64,000 nucleotides of DNA, from positions 73,189 through 137,188 of the forward strand of contig CAWHCF010000025.1 in assembly GCA_963827655.1 (NCBI GenBank), written 5' to 3'. Origin of the DNA: an uncultured Acidobacteriota bacterium. Lineage in GTDB: Bacteria > Acidobacteriota > UBA6911. The notes beneath the pieces are model-generated. The model worked only from the letters and a program-made list of their open reading frames with translations. It ran no database searches and was not told the DNA's origin. The stretch's first letter is position 1; every line of letters starts with the position of its first letter. The position numbers and the translations under genes were made by a program. Shown here in pieces: positions 20,280 to 30,610 of the stretch.

Positions 20280-23168
20280 TCACCGCTTGCGCGTGATCCA
20301 GATCGGGCTGCCCCAGGCGATCTGGTGGTCGTCTTGAACAACCCGGACATAATAGTAGCTTGTCCCTTCGTTCACGTTTTGATCCCGATACACGACTTTC
20401 ACATCCTTTTGATTTGGGTTGGTGGAATAAATCACCTTCGCGTCCTTGACAATCTCGACCAGCGCCACCCCGCTGGTTCCGATTACCCGGATCTCCAGAG
20501 GCGGCACGCTTGAATCGGTGAACTCTTCCCCCATGAAATGATCACCCATCCGATAGTCCAGGATGATGTTGTCGGTTGCCCCGTAAGTATGGCGCTTCTT
20601 GATGGCATCAAGGATCGCCTTGCGGGTCGGCTGCTCGGTATAGACCATGGCGTAGGAGATGTGGGTCGACCAGTGGTCGGAACTCGCGATGCTGCCGATT
20701 CGGATTCCCTTGCGGTAAGCATTCCAGAGAAAGCCCTCTTCCCTGAAACCCCCGATCGTCTTGTCCTCGGCGCGGCGAGCCGCGCGGGGAGCGCCTGCAT
20801 GTTCCGAAGAGTTTCGGTCTCCCTGGAATATCTCGACCACCGGTTCGACTTCCGGATCGTTATCGCGCCAGTCGGTGCCCATATTGGTGGCTGATGTGTG
20901 AGGGATGGAGATTCCTTTGGTCCGGCGAAGAGACTCGTACAGGAGCTTCGTGTCGTTTTCGAGTACCTCTCCGGTCTGCGCGGCTATTCCTGGGCGGGGA
21001 CGACTCAGGCCAGACTTGGTGAAGAATGAGACAATGGGATGCCCGCGATTGGCGTGGAAAATGTTGCGGTGACCGTTCGGGTACGCAACGCTGCGCTCGT
21101 ACGCGTAAAGAGTCGCGAAGGCCCCAGGAACGTTATACATATCGCAGCTTTTCTCGATCAGCCACCAGAAGTATTCATAATCGCCGCCGGAATTGTGATC
21201 CGTCAGCCCGCCAAAATCCATGGCGGCTCCGTCGAGCATGTAGCGGTAATAATCGAAAAGTGAGCCGTCGGTTAGACCCCCGCCGCTGTCCCAGGAAAAC
21301 TCCGCATGCCGGTGCAGGTCTCCCCGTACAATCCGGTTTTCGACCCCATGAACGGACGTCCGATAGCCGCGGGCCGCGGCCACATCTTCGGCCTCCCTGG
21401 GATGAACCGTTGGTTTTTGCTCCGATGGGGCTTCCTTCCAGTCGGTCAACTGTGCCGCGCTGGTTCCTTTTTCAAGTGGAATGCGTGCGGCGAAGACACT
21501 CGCCACCGGCGCGAGAAATGATCTCTTGTAGAGGCGGGCATCCATTGGCCAGGCGACCCAAAGGCTGCCAGCGGGCCCGAAAGCGGCTTGCGCGCGCATG
21601 GAAATCCGCCCCCAGCTTTCTGGTAAAACGGCTGGGGAGGTCCAGCGATCACCCTCGTAGAACATCAGCGCCTGTTCCCAGTAGGCGGCCCTTGGGTAGA
21701 GGTGTTTGACCGGTGGACCCATCTGACCCCAGCGATGGAACAATAGGGCCATACGTCCGGAGCTCGGATCGGCGAACAGTTGCGGATAATCGTGATCGGT
21801 TTCCCCGTGTTCTGCCAGAGCTGTTTGCAGATCCTGGGCGAGCGACTTGCGTTGGTTTCCCTCGAACACCGCCAAGTTCAGTTTGCGGGATTCGTAAAGA
21901 CGGGCTCCCGGAGTCGAAGGTTGCCTGATCCAGGTATCCCAGGTCGCCTGCCCTTTCTCCAGCCATTTCGGATCGGTTGTCGGGCCGCTGTCTTTGCCCC
22001 AGTTTGCGGCGCCCTCATCCCAGGCGACCCAGACCCGATCCTGATTATCTACGGCTACGGAGGCATGCGCCTCGAACCGGCTCGTGTGGGCCACTGGAAC
22101 TTCCGGCCCCGGACGACCACCCTCCAGAATCCGCATGTAGACGTCATAGTTTCCGTTGCGATATGTGTCCCAGACAATGTGCGCCCGGCCTCGGCTGTCG
22201 AGCGCAATCCGAGGCTCCCAATCGTTGGCGGCGTTGTCGGTTATTCTTGTCTCTTCCGACCATCCCGATCCGTTGTGATGCCTTAGAAAGACATCCGAGT
22301 TCTGTCCGTGAAAGCCCTGCCACACGACCCAAAGACCTCCTTTGCGGTCCGCGACAAAGTGGTGGTCAATGTCCGGACCTGGATCGGAGCTCAGACGAAC
22401 AGTCTCGAGCCAGGTGTCCTGCTTGTCATCCAGCGCGCGCGCGTAAATATCGAAATTGCCATCGACCTGCTGGGACCAAGCCACCCAGACGAGTCCTTGT
22501 CCATCGATCGCAATCTGGGGACGCCACAAGTCACCCGTGGCCCCCGGAACCCGCGTAAAAGTGTGCCACCCTTTGTTGTCGTGCTTCGAGAGTCGGATTT
22601 CATCCATCTGCCCGCTGTATGATTGCCAGACCGCCCACGCCGTGGTGTCATTCATCGTCGCGATGGAGGGGTAGTCGTCGTTTCGAGAGTCGTCGGTCAG
22701 CTTCCAGACTTCCGTCAGCCCGGTCACGCGAGTTTTGGAATCCAGAAACTCCAGGGTCACACCCGCTTTGATCTCGGAGATTCGAAAAGAAAACTGGCCG
22801 TGATTGGTGGTAACCGCAAATCGGCCGGACGGTGGACCGGTGCCTCTTAGTATGATTCCCTTAAAAACCGCTGCTTTCGTATTAGGATTCAGGGTCTGGA
22901 TGTCAAAGGCATTCAACGAGACCCGATCCTCGTTTTGAATAAGCCAGCCGCTAGCTTCCGATACCTGAAGGTTCTCGAAGCTGATCGAACCCGTCCATCG
23001 TTCCTGGGGTTCTTTTCCATACCCGAAGGCCAGGCGAATCGAAAAAGGCAAGGTATCCGGGATCGCAGAAGAAACTTGGGGCTCAGGGTTGCGCGGTACG
23101 CGTGCGAGCGCCGCAACTCCCAGCAGAAGAAGAGCACATGCCACAGCGACCTTTGCGTATTTCATCAT
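20280..23168 (-). CDS. Large secreted protein: beta-propeller-like repeats plus CehA/McbA- or DUF3604-like PHP metallohydrolase domain
   Basis: Signal peptide; WVAW repeats; GDLHRHAEFS, TDHN, GHRN, IPHT, ASSDH, TYGATD, YYYVRVVQDD. Confidence 0.75.
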   Translation of the reverse strand: MMKYAKVAVACALLLLGVAALARVPRNPEPQVSSAIPDTLPFSIRLAFGYGKEPQERWTGSISFENLQVSEASGWLIQNEDRVSLNAFDIQTLNPNTKAAVFKGIILRGTGPPSGRFAVTTNHGQFSFRISEIKAGVTLEFLDSKTRVTGLTEVWKLTDDSRNDDYPSIATMNDTTAWAVWQSYSGQMDEIRLSKHDNKGWHTFTRVPGATGDLWRPQIAIDGQGLVWVAWSQQVDGNFDIYARALDDKQDTWLETVRLSSDPGPDIDHHFVADRKGGLWVVWQGFHGQNSDVFLRHHNGSGWSEETRITDNAANDWEPRIALDSRGRAHIVWDTYRNGNYDVYMRILEGGRPGPEVPVAHTSRFEAHASVAVDNQDRVWVAWDEGAANWGKDSGPTTDPKWLEKGQATWDTWIRQPSTPGARLYESRKLNLAVFEGNQRKSLAQDLQTALAEHGETDHDYPQLFADPSSGRMALLFHRWGQMGPPVKHLYPRAAYWEQALMFYEGDRWTSPAVLPESWGRISMRAQAAFGPAGSLWVAWPMDARLYKRSFLAPVASVFAARIPLEKGTSAAQLTDWKEAPSEQKPTVHPREAEDVAAARGYRTSVHGVENRIVRGDLHRHAEFSWDSGGGLTDGSLFDYYRYMLDGAAMDFGGLTDHNSGGDYEYFWWLIEKSCDMYNVPGAFATLYAYERSVAYPNGHRNIFHANRGHPIVSFFTKSGLSRPRPGIAAQTGEVLENDTKLLYESLRRTKGISIPHTSATNMGTDWRDNDPEVEPVVEIFQGDRNSSEHAGAPRAARRAEDKTIGGFREEGFLWNAYRKGIRIGSIASSDHWSTHISYAMVYTEQPTRKAILDAIKKRHTYGATDNIILDYRMGDHFMGEEFTDSSVPPLEIRVIGTSGVALVEIVKDAKVIYSTNPNQKDVKVVYRDQNVNEGTSYYYVRVVQDDHQIAWGSPIWITRKR

Positions 23169-23382
23169 CCCCTCAAAGACAAAAAGCCCGGTGTCGACGC
23201 TGCTCGCCAAAGTGACACGGCAATCAAATACCTACGAACCACAAAACGGCCATCGCAGCTCCGGGCCCCGTAATGCTCCATTGGAAGGCTGCCGGAGCAG
23301 CCCTGGACTTTGGACATTTCGAAGGTCCGGAAAAACTCAGATTCCCCTGGTAGTGTGGCTCAGACATTCTATTAGAGCACCC

Positions 23383-23580
23383 TGTGGCGACGGGCTCATC
23401 TGAGCCCGTCGCAAGTATACGTGAATCCGCTATGCGCTTGAGTACTTGAAGCTTCAAGCGAGACGCTCCAAACTCGTCCGAATGCCGGACGGGCTCATCT
23501 AGCCCGTCGCACAGTACGTAATCGGTAGGCTTTAGCCTAGACAAGTTCAGTTGTGTCCCCTCGGAAGCCGGACGGGCCTA
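23383..23580. repeat. REP/BIME-like palindromic composite repeat, copy B
   Basis: GCGACGGGCTCATCTGAGCCCGTCGC, GACGGGCTCATCTAGCCCGTC and a half copy GCCGGACGGGC; linker shared with copy C. Confidence 0.75.
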
Positions 23581-23685
23581 CTCTCTTTCGGCTCTTCAGG
23601 CCTCAACGCTCCACAATACGTTACGGTAATTGCGAACAGGCAAGGCTGGCTTGGGCGTTGAGATACCTCATTCGAGGACCACGGT

Positions 23686-26600
23686 TCAGAACTGATACTT
23701 CAGAGCAAACTGTATCAGCCGGGGATCCGACACGCTGCTGATAATCCCGGCTCCGGCGGCGCTGAGATTCAGACCGGGGCTGCCAAAGTGGGGCGTGTTG
23801 GTGAAATTGAAGGCCTCGAAGCGAAACTGCAGATAACGCCCTTCCGCGCCCATGGGGAAGTCCTTCGAGGCAAGAAAATCCAGGTTCTTCCAGCCGGGAC
23901 CGTCGATCAGGTTGCGCCCTGAATTGCCGTACTCTCCGCGAGCGATCTGGTCGGCGGTAACCGGCACGACGAAACCGGTGTTGAACCAGCGGTCGATCGT
24001 ACGCTCGGATTCAGGCAGATTGGGATCCCCCACGACGGAGCCGCGCGCCTTGCACACACAGTTCAGGTTGTTGAGAAGCGCCTGGTCTAAAGGCGGCCCC
24101 GAGATCATCGAAAGGATGCCGCCCAGCTGCCATCCCCCGAGAAACCAGCTCGCGGTTCCGGACTGCAGCCAGCGCCTGCCGCGCCCCCAGGGTAGTTCGT
24201 AAAGGAAGCTGAGGTTGTACGCCAGGGTCCGGTCCAGACTGCCGCGGGCGCGATCCCGGTAGAGGTCCTTTACGTACTGCGTCACCCTCCCTCCCTCACC
24301 CTGATTGAGGATCTCGCTGCCATAGTCGATCGCATGCTGCCAGGTAAAGGAGTTGAGGAAGGTGAGTCCGTCGCTGAAGCGCTTTTCCGCCTTGAGACTC
24401 AACGCGTGATAATTGGCGTTCAGAATGTTGTCGTACTTCGTGATCGTCTGAATGAGCGGATAACGAAGGCGAGCCGGCCAGTTGATGGTCGGGTGCGGCC
24501 CCGGGTCGGTTGTGTTCCGTCCGAGCGAAAGGTGAGAGCTCTTGCTTCCGTTATAGCCGACTGTCACAACGGTGCTCCAGGGCAGCATGTGCTGCACATC
24601 CAGGAACCACTGGCCGGTATACGAAGTGGGGAGAAACTCGGGGACCACAACCGGACGGGGCGTTCCGGGGGGATCGTTTTCAGATCGAAGACGGGCGACA
24701 GGTTGGGTAATCCTTCGCTGATCCGGTATACAGCATTGACGAAATCGGGTGTCGACACGTTGCCGCGCACGCGGGGTGGATTGTTGCCGTAAAACCGGCC
24801 GTTCTCGATCCCGAGATAGTCAACGTCACCGAAGTAGATTCCACCTCCGGCACGAATCACCGAGTTCCTGGCCAGTTGATAGGCGATCCCGAGCCGGGGA
24901 GCGAAGTTGTTCTTGTCAGTCTTGCAGGCGCAGTCGCTGTCATCTTTGGGAAAGGCCCATTCCTGGAACTGGATGTTGAGCAGGGCCGAGGTCTCATCAT
25001 CGAGCCCCAGATAGTTGGGGTCGTCTCTCAGGACGAAGCGGCTGCCGAGTGTGTCGGGACCGTCCGGATGGAACGGGCCTCGAAAGAGCTCATAACGCAG
25101 CCCCATGTTCAATGTGAGCCTGGGTGTGATCTTCCAGTCGTCCTGGACGTAAAAGCCCCAGTATGGGTGGTTCGTGTCTTCCCCGGCCGGGCTGAGGCTG
25201 GCACCCGAGCTGGCCCACCCCAGCAGGAAGTCCGCGAAACTGTGGCCCGTCTGGGTGCGGCTTGGACCGGAATTGGGCAGCTCCGCCGTGTACTGGCCTG
25301 TGAAGCCGAAGCTGCCGCGGCTGTCGCGAGCCGAGAGTGAGTATTTGTTCAAGAACTTGTACTCTACTCCGAACTTCACGTTGTGCTTTCCGGACTGCCA
25401 GAGAACGTTGTCACTGAATTGATGGGTGATAAGGTCGTCGTCGTTGGGCCAGCAGCAGCGCGAACCGATGGCGGAGAAGGCGCCCGGTGAGAACGTGGCG
25501 AGTCCATTGTCGTGCTGGCCGAACGCGGTTCCCACGGCGTTCTTGACCCCGAACTGAGCGTTGAGATTCTCGGTGGCGGGGATGTCGAACGCAGTGATAA
25601 ACCGCGTCCAGCCGTAGCGGAATTCGTTGTGCAATCTCGGCCCCAGGATAGTGCTGTAGTTGACCGAGAGGTTATGGCCCAGCATGTCGGTTAGGTCACC
25701 CATGTTCTCATTCGCGGGCAGACTGAACGGACCTGGTTGCGAGCGCAGTTCATCTCTGAGCGAATAACGGACAAAGAATCGGTTGGATTGGTTCAGGTTG
25801 TGGTCCACGCGGAAGTCGTACTGATCGAAGTCGCTCGCCAGCCCCGGGGAAGAGAAGTAGTTGTTGGGCAGGTTCTCCCGGCCCGCGATGTTCGGCAGGG
25901 GATAAAGATCGATGATCCGCCGGGCGAGCGGATCGATCCGGTTGGCCGGGATCCGGTTGCCCGGGAAAGGCTGCCGGACCGCGGCGGCGCCACTCCCGGA
26001 GATCGTGAGGGGATCGTAAATGGTCACGTTTCTCCCGGCGCCTCCGGGCTCCTGCGAGAAGTCCCCCTGGCGCACGGCCGCGCTTGGAACGGTCGTGGTA
26101 TTGGAAAACCCCTCGCGAATGCGCGTGCCTTGAAAGCTCGCAAAGAAGAAGGTCCTGTCGCGCGCAATCGGGCCGCCCACCGTGGCGCCGTACTGGTTTC
26201 GGATGTAGTTCGGCGACTTGGTGCCGGTCTCTCCGGGCCGGGCATTACGGTTGAAAAAGAAGTCGTTCGCCGAACAGGCGCTGTTGCGGTGGAACGCGAA
26301 GATCGAGCCGTGGAAGCCGTTGGTGCCCGACTTGGTCGAGACAACGACGCTGGCGCCCTGACGGAATCCAAACTCGGCCGACGTGTTGTTGGTGAGCACC
26401 TTGAATTCCGAGAGAGCCTCGACGTTAGGCACTACCGCCTGAGCCTGGAAGCCGAGTGGGCCGCGGCTGGTCTTGGAGGTGATGTCGGAACCGTCGAGCA
26501 GCAGATTGTTCTGCGCGACGTGCTGGCCGGCGCTGCGAAACCCGCCTTCCTCCGCCGTCCGATGGCCGCGCCCGGCCTGGCTGGAAGGTACTACACCGGC

Positions 26601-27125
26601 GCTGAGCTGGGCCAGCTCAAGGTAGTTGCGGCCGTTCAGGGGAAGCTCTCGAATGCGTTTTTCGTCGATAACCTGTCCCACGTCCTGAGCCTTCGACTGT
26701 ACCAGCTCGGCCTCGGCCGATACTTGAACCACGTCCGACATCTCGCCCAGCTGGAGTTGAAAGTTGACCCGGGCCACCTGCGCGACCTGCACACGGATCT
26801 CGGCCTGTTGCGAGGAGAACCCGCTCCCACGGCACGTGACCCTGTAGCGGCCCTCCTTCAGCAACGGCACCGTGTAGAGTCCCGCATCGTTGGAGATCAC
26901 GGTCCTCACCACGCCGGTGTCCAGGTTCGTGACGCTGACTTCGGCACTTGGAACTACCGCTCCCGACTGGTCCTTGACCACGCCTTCGATCGAGGCTTCC
27001 TGCCCCCATACTATTCCCGGTCCGAACAGGCAGCCGAGCATGAAGGAAACCCTGACAATCCATTGCAGCGCATGGGCTCCCGGCCACTGCCTCCCCGGGA
27101 TCCGAACTTGCTCAAAAATGTTCAT
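23686..27125 (-). CDS. TonB-dependent receptor, Oar-like (frameshift near 24660-24672)
   Basis: LPLNGRNYLELAQL, TKSGTNGFHGS, QDDWK, DKNNFAPRLG, C-terminal QFALKYQF; RBS GAGGAGG. Confidence 0.9.
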
Positions 27126-27285
27126 TGTGTCCTCCTCGTTGTGGGAAGGCTGGTCGGGCTTACGCCTAAGCACCGGCGTGCCGGCGAATCCTCAGGTTGC
27201 CCGAACCGTCCAACGGTGCTGCTGGGGCAATTACCTGAGTCGAGTCCAGACATACAGTAATTAGTTTATTGAAAGAACTAACCTG

Positions 27286-27315
27286 ACCGTACCAAAAGGT
27301 ACTCGCGGTTGTCAA
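27286..27315 (-). promoter_or_regulatory. Candidate sigma70 promoter with overlapping palindrome
   Basis: Minus strand TTGACA-18 nt-TACGGT; GTACCAAAAGGTAC inverted repeat at 27289-27302. Confidence 0.4.
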
Positions 27316-27693
27316 GTTTCTCACCAAGCCCGATGGGGCGCGACTTTACATCGACGGATGACTGCGAAGCAAGCGTTGCGGCGCCGACGCGTCTGTGGCA
27401 AGAGACCTGGCCGGCAGAATCGTCGGCCCCTACCCCAGAATTCGCTTGACCCTCTGACGGCTTCGCACTAAAAACACGGCATAAGCTTCGTAAGGACGCG
27501 TTCGTCTCCCCTGGTCCTGCAGTGGATTAGCAGGAAAATACGCCGACGCGCGCCTCTTCGTGGCGCCGTACCAGGAGAACACCGTGATGCCTTCCGGCGA
27601 CGTCAGCCATCCTGCCGATCTTGATCTCCTCCCGGGCGAGCCGGCATTGGCGAAGGGGGAGGGGGAACCGCCCTCGGCTCAAGCGCCGTCTGA

Positions 27694-29235
27694 CGAGTAC
27701 CAGATAGCGAGGGGCGGCCTCTTTTCGCGCGCAGTGAACAAGCTGTAGTTCTCACCCGGCGAGTGCGGCACGACTTCTCCGAGAGCAGGACACGCTGGCC
27801 CGTTTCTCCGCGGATCCTTTACGCCTGGGCCTCCCCGTCGGGCATGGAAGTGCCATTCCAGGAGCACGAGCGTGCCTTGCTCGCCGCCCTGGAGCCCTGG
27901 ATTCCGGCACAGAAAGGGAGCGGGAGCGTGCCCGACCCGGGCGGCGTGATGACGACGCTGCCCGAGGTAAGCCTTCCCGCGCTCGCGAGGGCGTGCCAGG
28001 CTGCGGTCGACGAGGGGAAGCCGTACACCCATGTGCATGTGCTGGCGCACGGTTATCCGATTGGACGTGCACATAAAGCGCGATTCGGCATGGCGCTGCA
28101 CGCGGAGAATGAGGACCTGCAGGCAGTGACACCAGAGGAACTCGAGAAAGCCCTCGCTCCCCTTGTTGGTCACGCGGTCGTGGTGACGCTGGCGACCTGC
28201 GACGCGGCCAGCTCGACCAATACCGCAACGTCGAAGCGCAGCATTGCCCACAACCTCCATATACTGGGATTCCCGATTGTGGTGGCCTCGCAGCTTCCCT
28301 TCACAAAGCCAGGGTCCACCCTGACGATCGAGACCTTCTACAAGGCACAGCTGGCAGGCGAGGACGTGAGGCTGGCGTTGCATCAGGCGCGTGTCGCCTT
28401 GTACCAGAGCCAGTCGAAGACCGGTCATGACTGGGCCAGCCTTGTCGGATACGTGCAGTTGCCCGAAGGCTATGCCGACCACCTGCGAGACGTCAGGCTC
28501 CAATCCGTACTGGCCTCGCTGAAGACGATGCAGGGGTGGTCTGACAAGCTCGTGGAGGAAGGCAACAAGGATTCAGCACTCTTCGATCGTGTGGCGCAGC
28601 AGTTGCAAGAACGCATTGTGGCGCTCGACCGCTTCCGGAAAGACGCTGAGAACATCGGCCGGCCCGGCGTACTCGGAGAGAATTTGGGCCTCCTGGGAAG
28701 CGCCGAAAAGCGCCTGGCCGAGCTTTGCTTCGTACGCAGCAAGCTGGGCGAAGCCGCTCGCTGGCAACAGTCCATGAGGGAGGCTCTGCAACGCTCGCGC
28801 GACTGGTACCGGAAATGCGCCCTAAAAAACCTCTCGCACCACTGGACCGGGGTCCAGTATCTGTCGCTCGAGGCCATACTCGACGGCAGGATAGCGAATC
28901 CGGGCCGGTGGTACGCCGGCGTTGAAGCCGCAAACCTGGACAGGGAAAACGGGACGCCGATCGATGGCATCTGGGCACTTGGGTCGCTGGCCGAGCTCTA
29001 CCTGCTCGCGCCCCTGGCCGGTCAGACTTTACCTGCCGGCTCGGCAAAGAAGGCCCTGGTGGAGATGAAGGCGCGAGTAGTGGCGGAAGCCGGCGGCGAC
29101 ACGTTTCCCCTCGAGTCGACCGAACGCCAACTCCGCCGCTACGTCGACTGGTGGACCACAGCGAATGGCTTCTTTCCCGGCACGTCGGATCTCGCTGCCG
29201 AGGCGGGGAACCTGTTGCAGGAGCTCCGGCGGTAG
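27694..29235 (+). CDS. CHAT (caspase-like) protease with C-terminal helical TPR-like domain; probably 5'-truncated
   Basis: HVHVLAHG (catalytic His) and VVTLATCD (catalytic Cys), PIVVASQLP, DWASL. The frame is open from 27694 with no start codon until GTG 27763. Confidence 0.75.
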   Translation, partial: RVPDSEGRPLFARSEQAVVLTRRVRHDFSESRTRWPVSPRILYAWASPSGMEVPFQEHERALLAALEPWIPAQKGSGSVPDPGGVMTTLPEVSLPALARACQAAVDEGKPYTHVHVLAHGYPIGRAHKARFGMALHAENEDLQAVTPEELEKALAPLVGHAVVVTLATCDAASSTNTATSKRSIAHNLHILGFPIVVASQLPFTKPGSTLTIETFYKAQLAGEDVRLALHQARVALYQSQSKTGHDWASLVGYVQLPEGYADHLRDVRLQSVLASLKTMQGWSDKLVEEGNKDSALFDRVAQQLQERIVALDRFRKDAENIGRPGVLGENLGLLGSAEKRLAELCFVRSKLGEAARWQQSMREALQRSRDWYRKCALKNLSHHWTGVQYLSLEAILDGRIANPGRWYAGVEAANLDRENGTPIDGIWALGSLAELYLLAPLAGQTLPAGSAKKALVEMKARVVAEAGGDTFPLESTERQLRRYVDWWTTANGFFPGTSDLAAEAGNLLQELRR

Positions 29236-29248
29236 ATTAGATTCTTTG

Positions 29249-29349
29249 TCCGTGACCCCTTTGCATTTTGCGAAGAAATTTTGGCTGACTGCTGAAAGCT
29301 GAAGGCTGAAAGCGCGCGGCGTCCATCTCATTGCGGCCTCAGCCGCGCC
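29249..29349. repeat. ~100-bp (GCTGANN)x4 element, copy 2
   Basis: Near-identical to 19235-19348, with a short internal deletion. Confidence 0.8.
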
Positions 29350-29461
29350 AGGAGTAACGAGAACATGCCCGTCGTGACCTGTTGAACAGGCGGTCGACGG
29401 ACGTGGAACAGGGCTCCACGCTGCTCTCCGCGTGGCCGGTCCTAAATTGCCGGAGACACAG

Positions 29462-30529
29462 ATGGCCGACTCCCGCGTTTACAAATTCGGTGACTCGCAG
29501 CTCACGCTGGCTTTCGGCGATATCACGACGTCGGAGGCTCAGGTTCTCGTCAGCTCCGACGATTCCTACCTGACCATGAGCGGCGGCGTCTCGGCCGCCA
29601 TTCGACGCGCGGGCGGAAACGCTATTGCCCTGGATGCGGCCAAGAAAGTGCCGGTCCCTCTCGGCAATGTGGCGGTGACGACTGCCGGCACCTTGCCGGC
29701 CCACCACATTTTTCACGCAGCCACGATCGGCCCCTCACCCACCCCGATGCCCCCAACCGAGATTCTGGGGAATGCGACGCGGCGGTCCATGGAGTTGCTC
29801 GACGCGTTGCAGCTGAGCTCGATTGCGTTTCCTGCGCTCGGTGCCGGAACCGCGAAGTTCAGCTACGAAGAAGTCGCCGCGCGGATGGCCGACGTCATCG
29901 CCGACGCCCTGCTCAACCGGAAGCGGCCCGTCGACGTCACCATATATCTGTTTGATGACTCGGGTCGCAAGCAGCCCTTTGACTACATCCGGTTCTTCGA
30001 AGAGTTCGCCGCGCGCGTCCCGCGAATCGCGGCCCATGAAGCTCCCGTCCAGCCCTCAACAATCGCGGCCGACGCGGCTGGCGAGCATGTGTTCATCAGT
30101 TACAGCCACCAGGACAAAGCCTGGTTGAAGCGGCTGCAGGACATGCTGCAACCGCTGCTGCGCAAGAACAGCATCGCTCTCTGGAGCGACACCGGGATCA
30201 AGCCTGGGTCGCAGTGGAAAGATGAAATCGAACGCGCGCTGGCAACAGCAAAGGTGGCCGTACTCCTCGTGAGCCCCGGGTTTCTGGCGTCGGACTTCAT
30301 CGCGCAGCACGAGCTTCCGCCGCTCCTCGACAAAGCAAAACAGCTGGGCGTCCGCATCCTCTGGGTCTACGTGAGCGCCTGCTTGTACAAGGAAACGGAA
30401 ATCGCAGCCTACCAGGCGGCGCACGATATCGCACACCCGCTGGATAAACTGCGGACGGCCAAACGCAACGAGGTGCTGGTACAGGTCTGCCAGCAGATCA
30501 AGGCCGCGGTGAATCCGCAGGAGCCGTAG
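29462..30529 (+). CDS. Macro domain-TIR domain fusion protein
   Basis: Macro: GDIT, GGVSAAIRRAGG, HIFHAA, SIAFPALGAG. TIR: VFISYSHQD, WSDTGIKPG, LLVSPGFLASDFIAQHELP. Confidence 0.9.
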   Translation: MADSRVYKFGDSQLTLAFGDITTSEAQVLVSSDDSYLTMSGGVSAAIRRAGGNAIALDAAKKVPVPLGNVAVTTAGTLPAHHIFHAATIGPSPTPMPPTEILGNATRRSMELLDALQLSSIAFPALGAGTAKFSYEEVAARMADVIADALLNRKRPVDVTIYLFDDSGRKQPFDYIRFFEEFAARVPRIAAHEAPVQPSTIAADAAGEHVFISYSHQDKAWLKRLQDMLQPLLRKNSIALWSDTGIKPGSQWKDEIERALATAKVAVLLVSPGFLASDFIAQHELPPLLDKAKQLGVRILWVYVSACLYKETEIAAYQAAHDIAHPLDKLRTAKRNEVLVQVCQQIKAAVNPQEP

Positions 30530-30582
30530 TGCAGTCTTTGCCGGGCATCCAACCTGATCAGCGGCAGAATAGCAGGATGTTC

Positions 30583-30610
30583 GAATGTGAACCTGTTTCT
30601 GCGCGAACTC
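30583..30610. mobile_element. Solo MITE end
   Basis: GAATGTGAACCTGTTTCTGCGCGAACTC, directly abutting TCA (stop codon of the cyclase gene). Confidence 0.6.
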
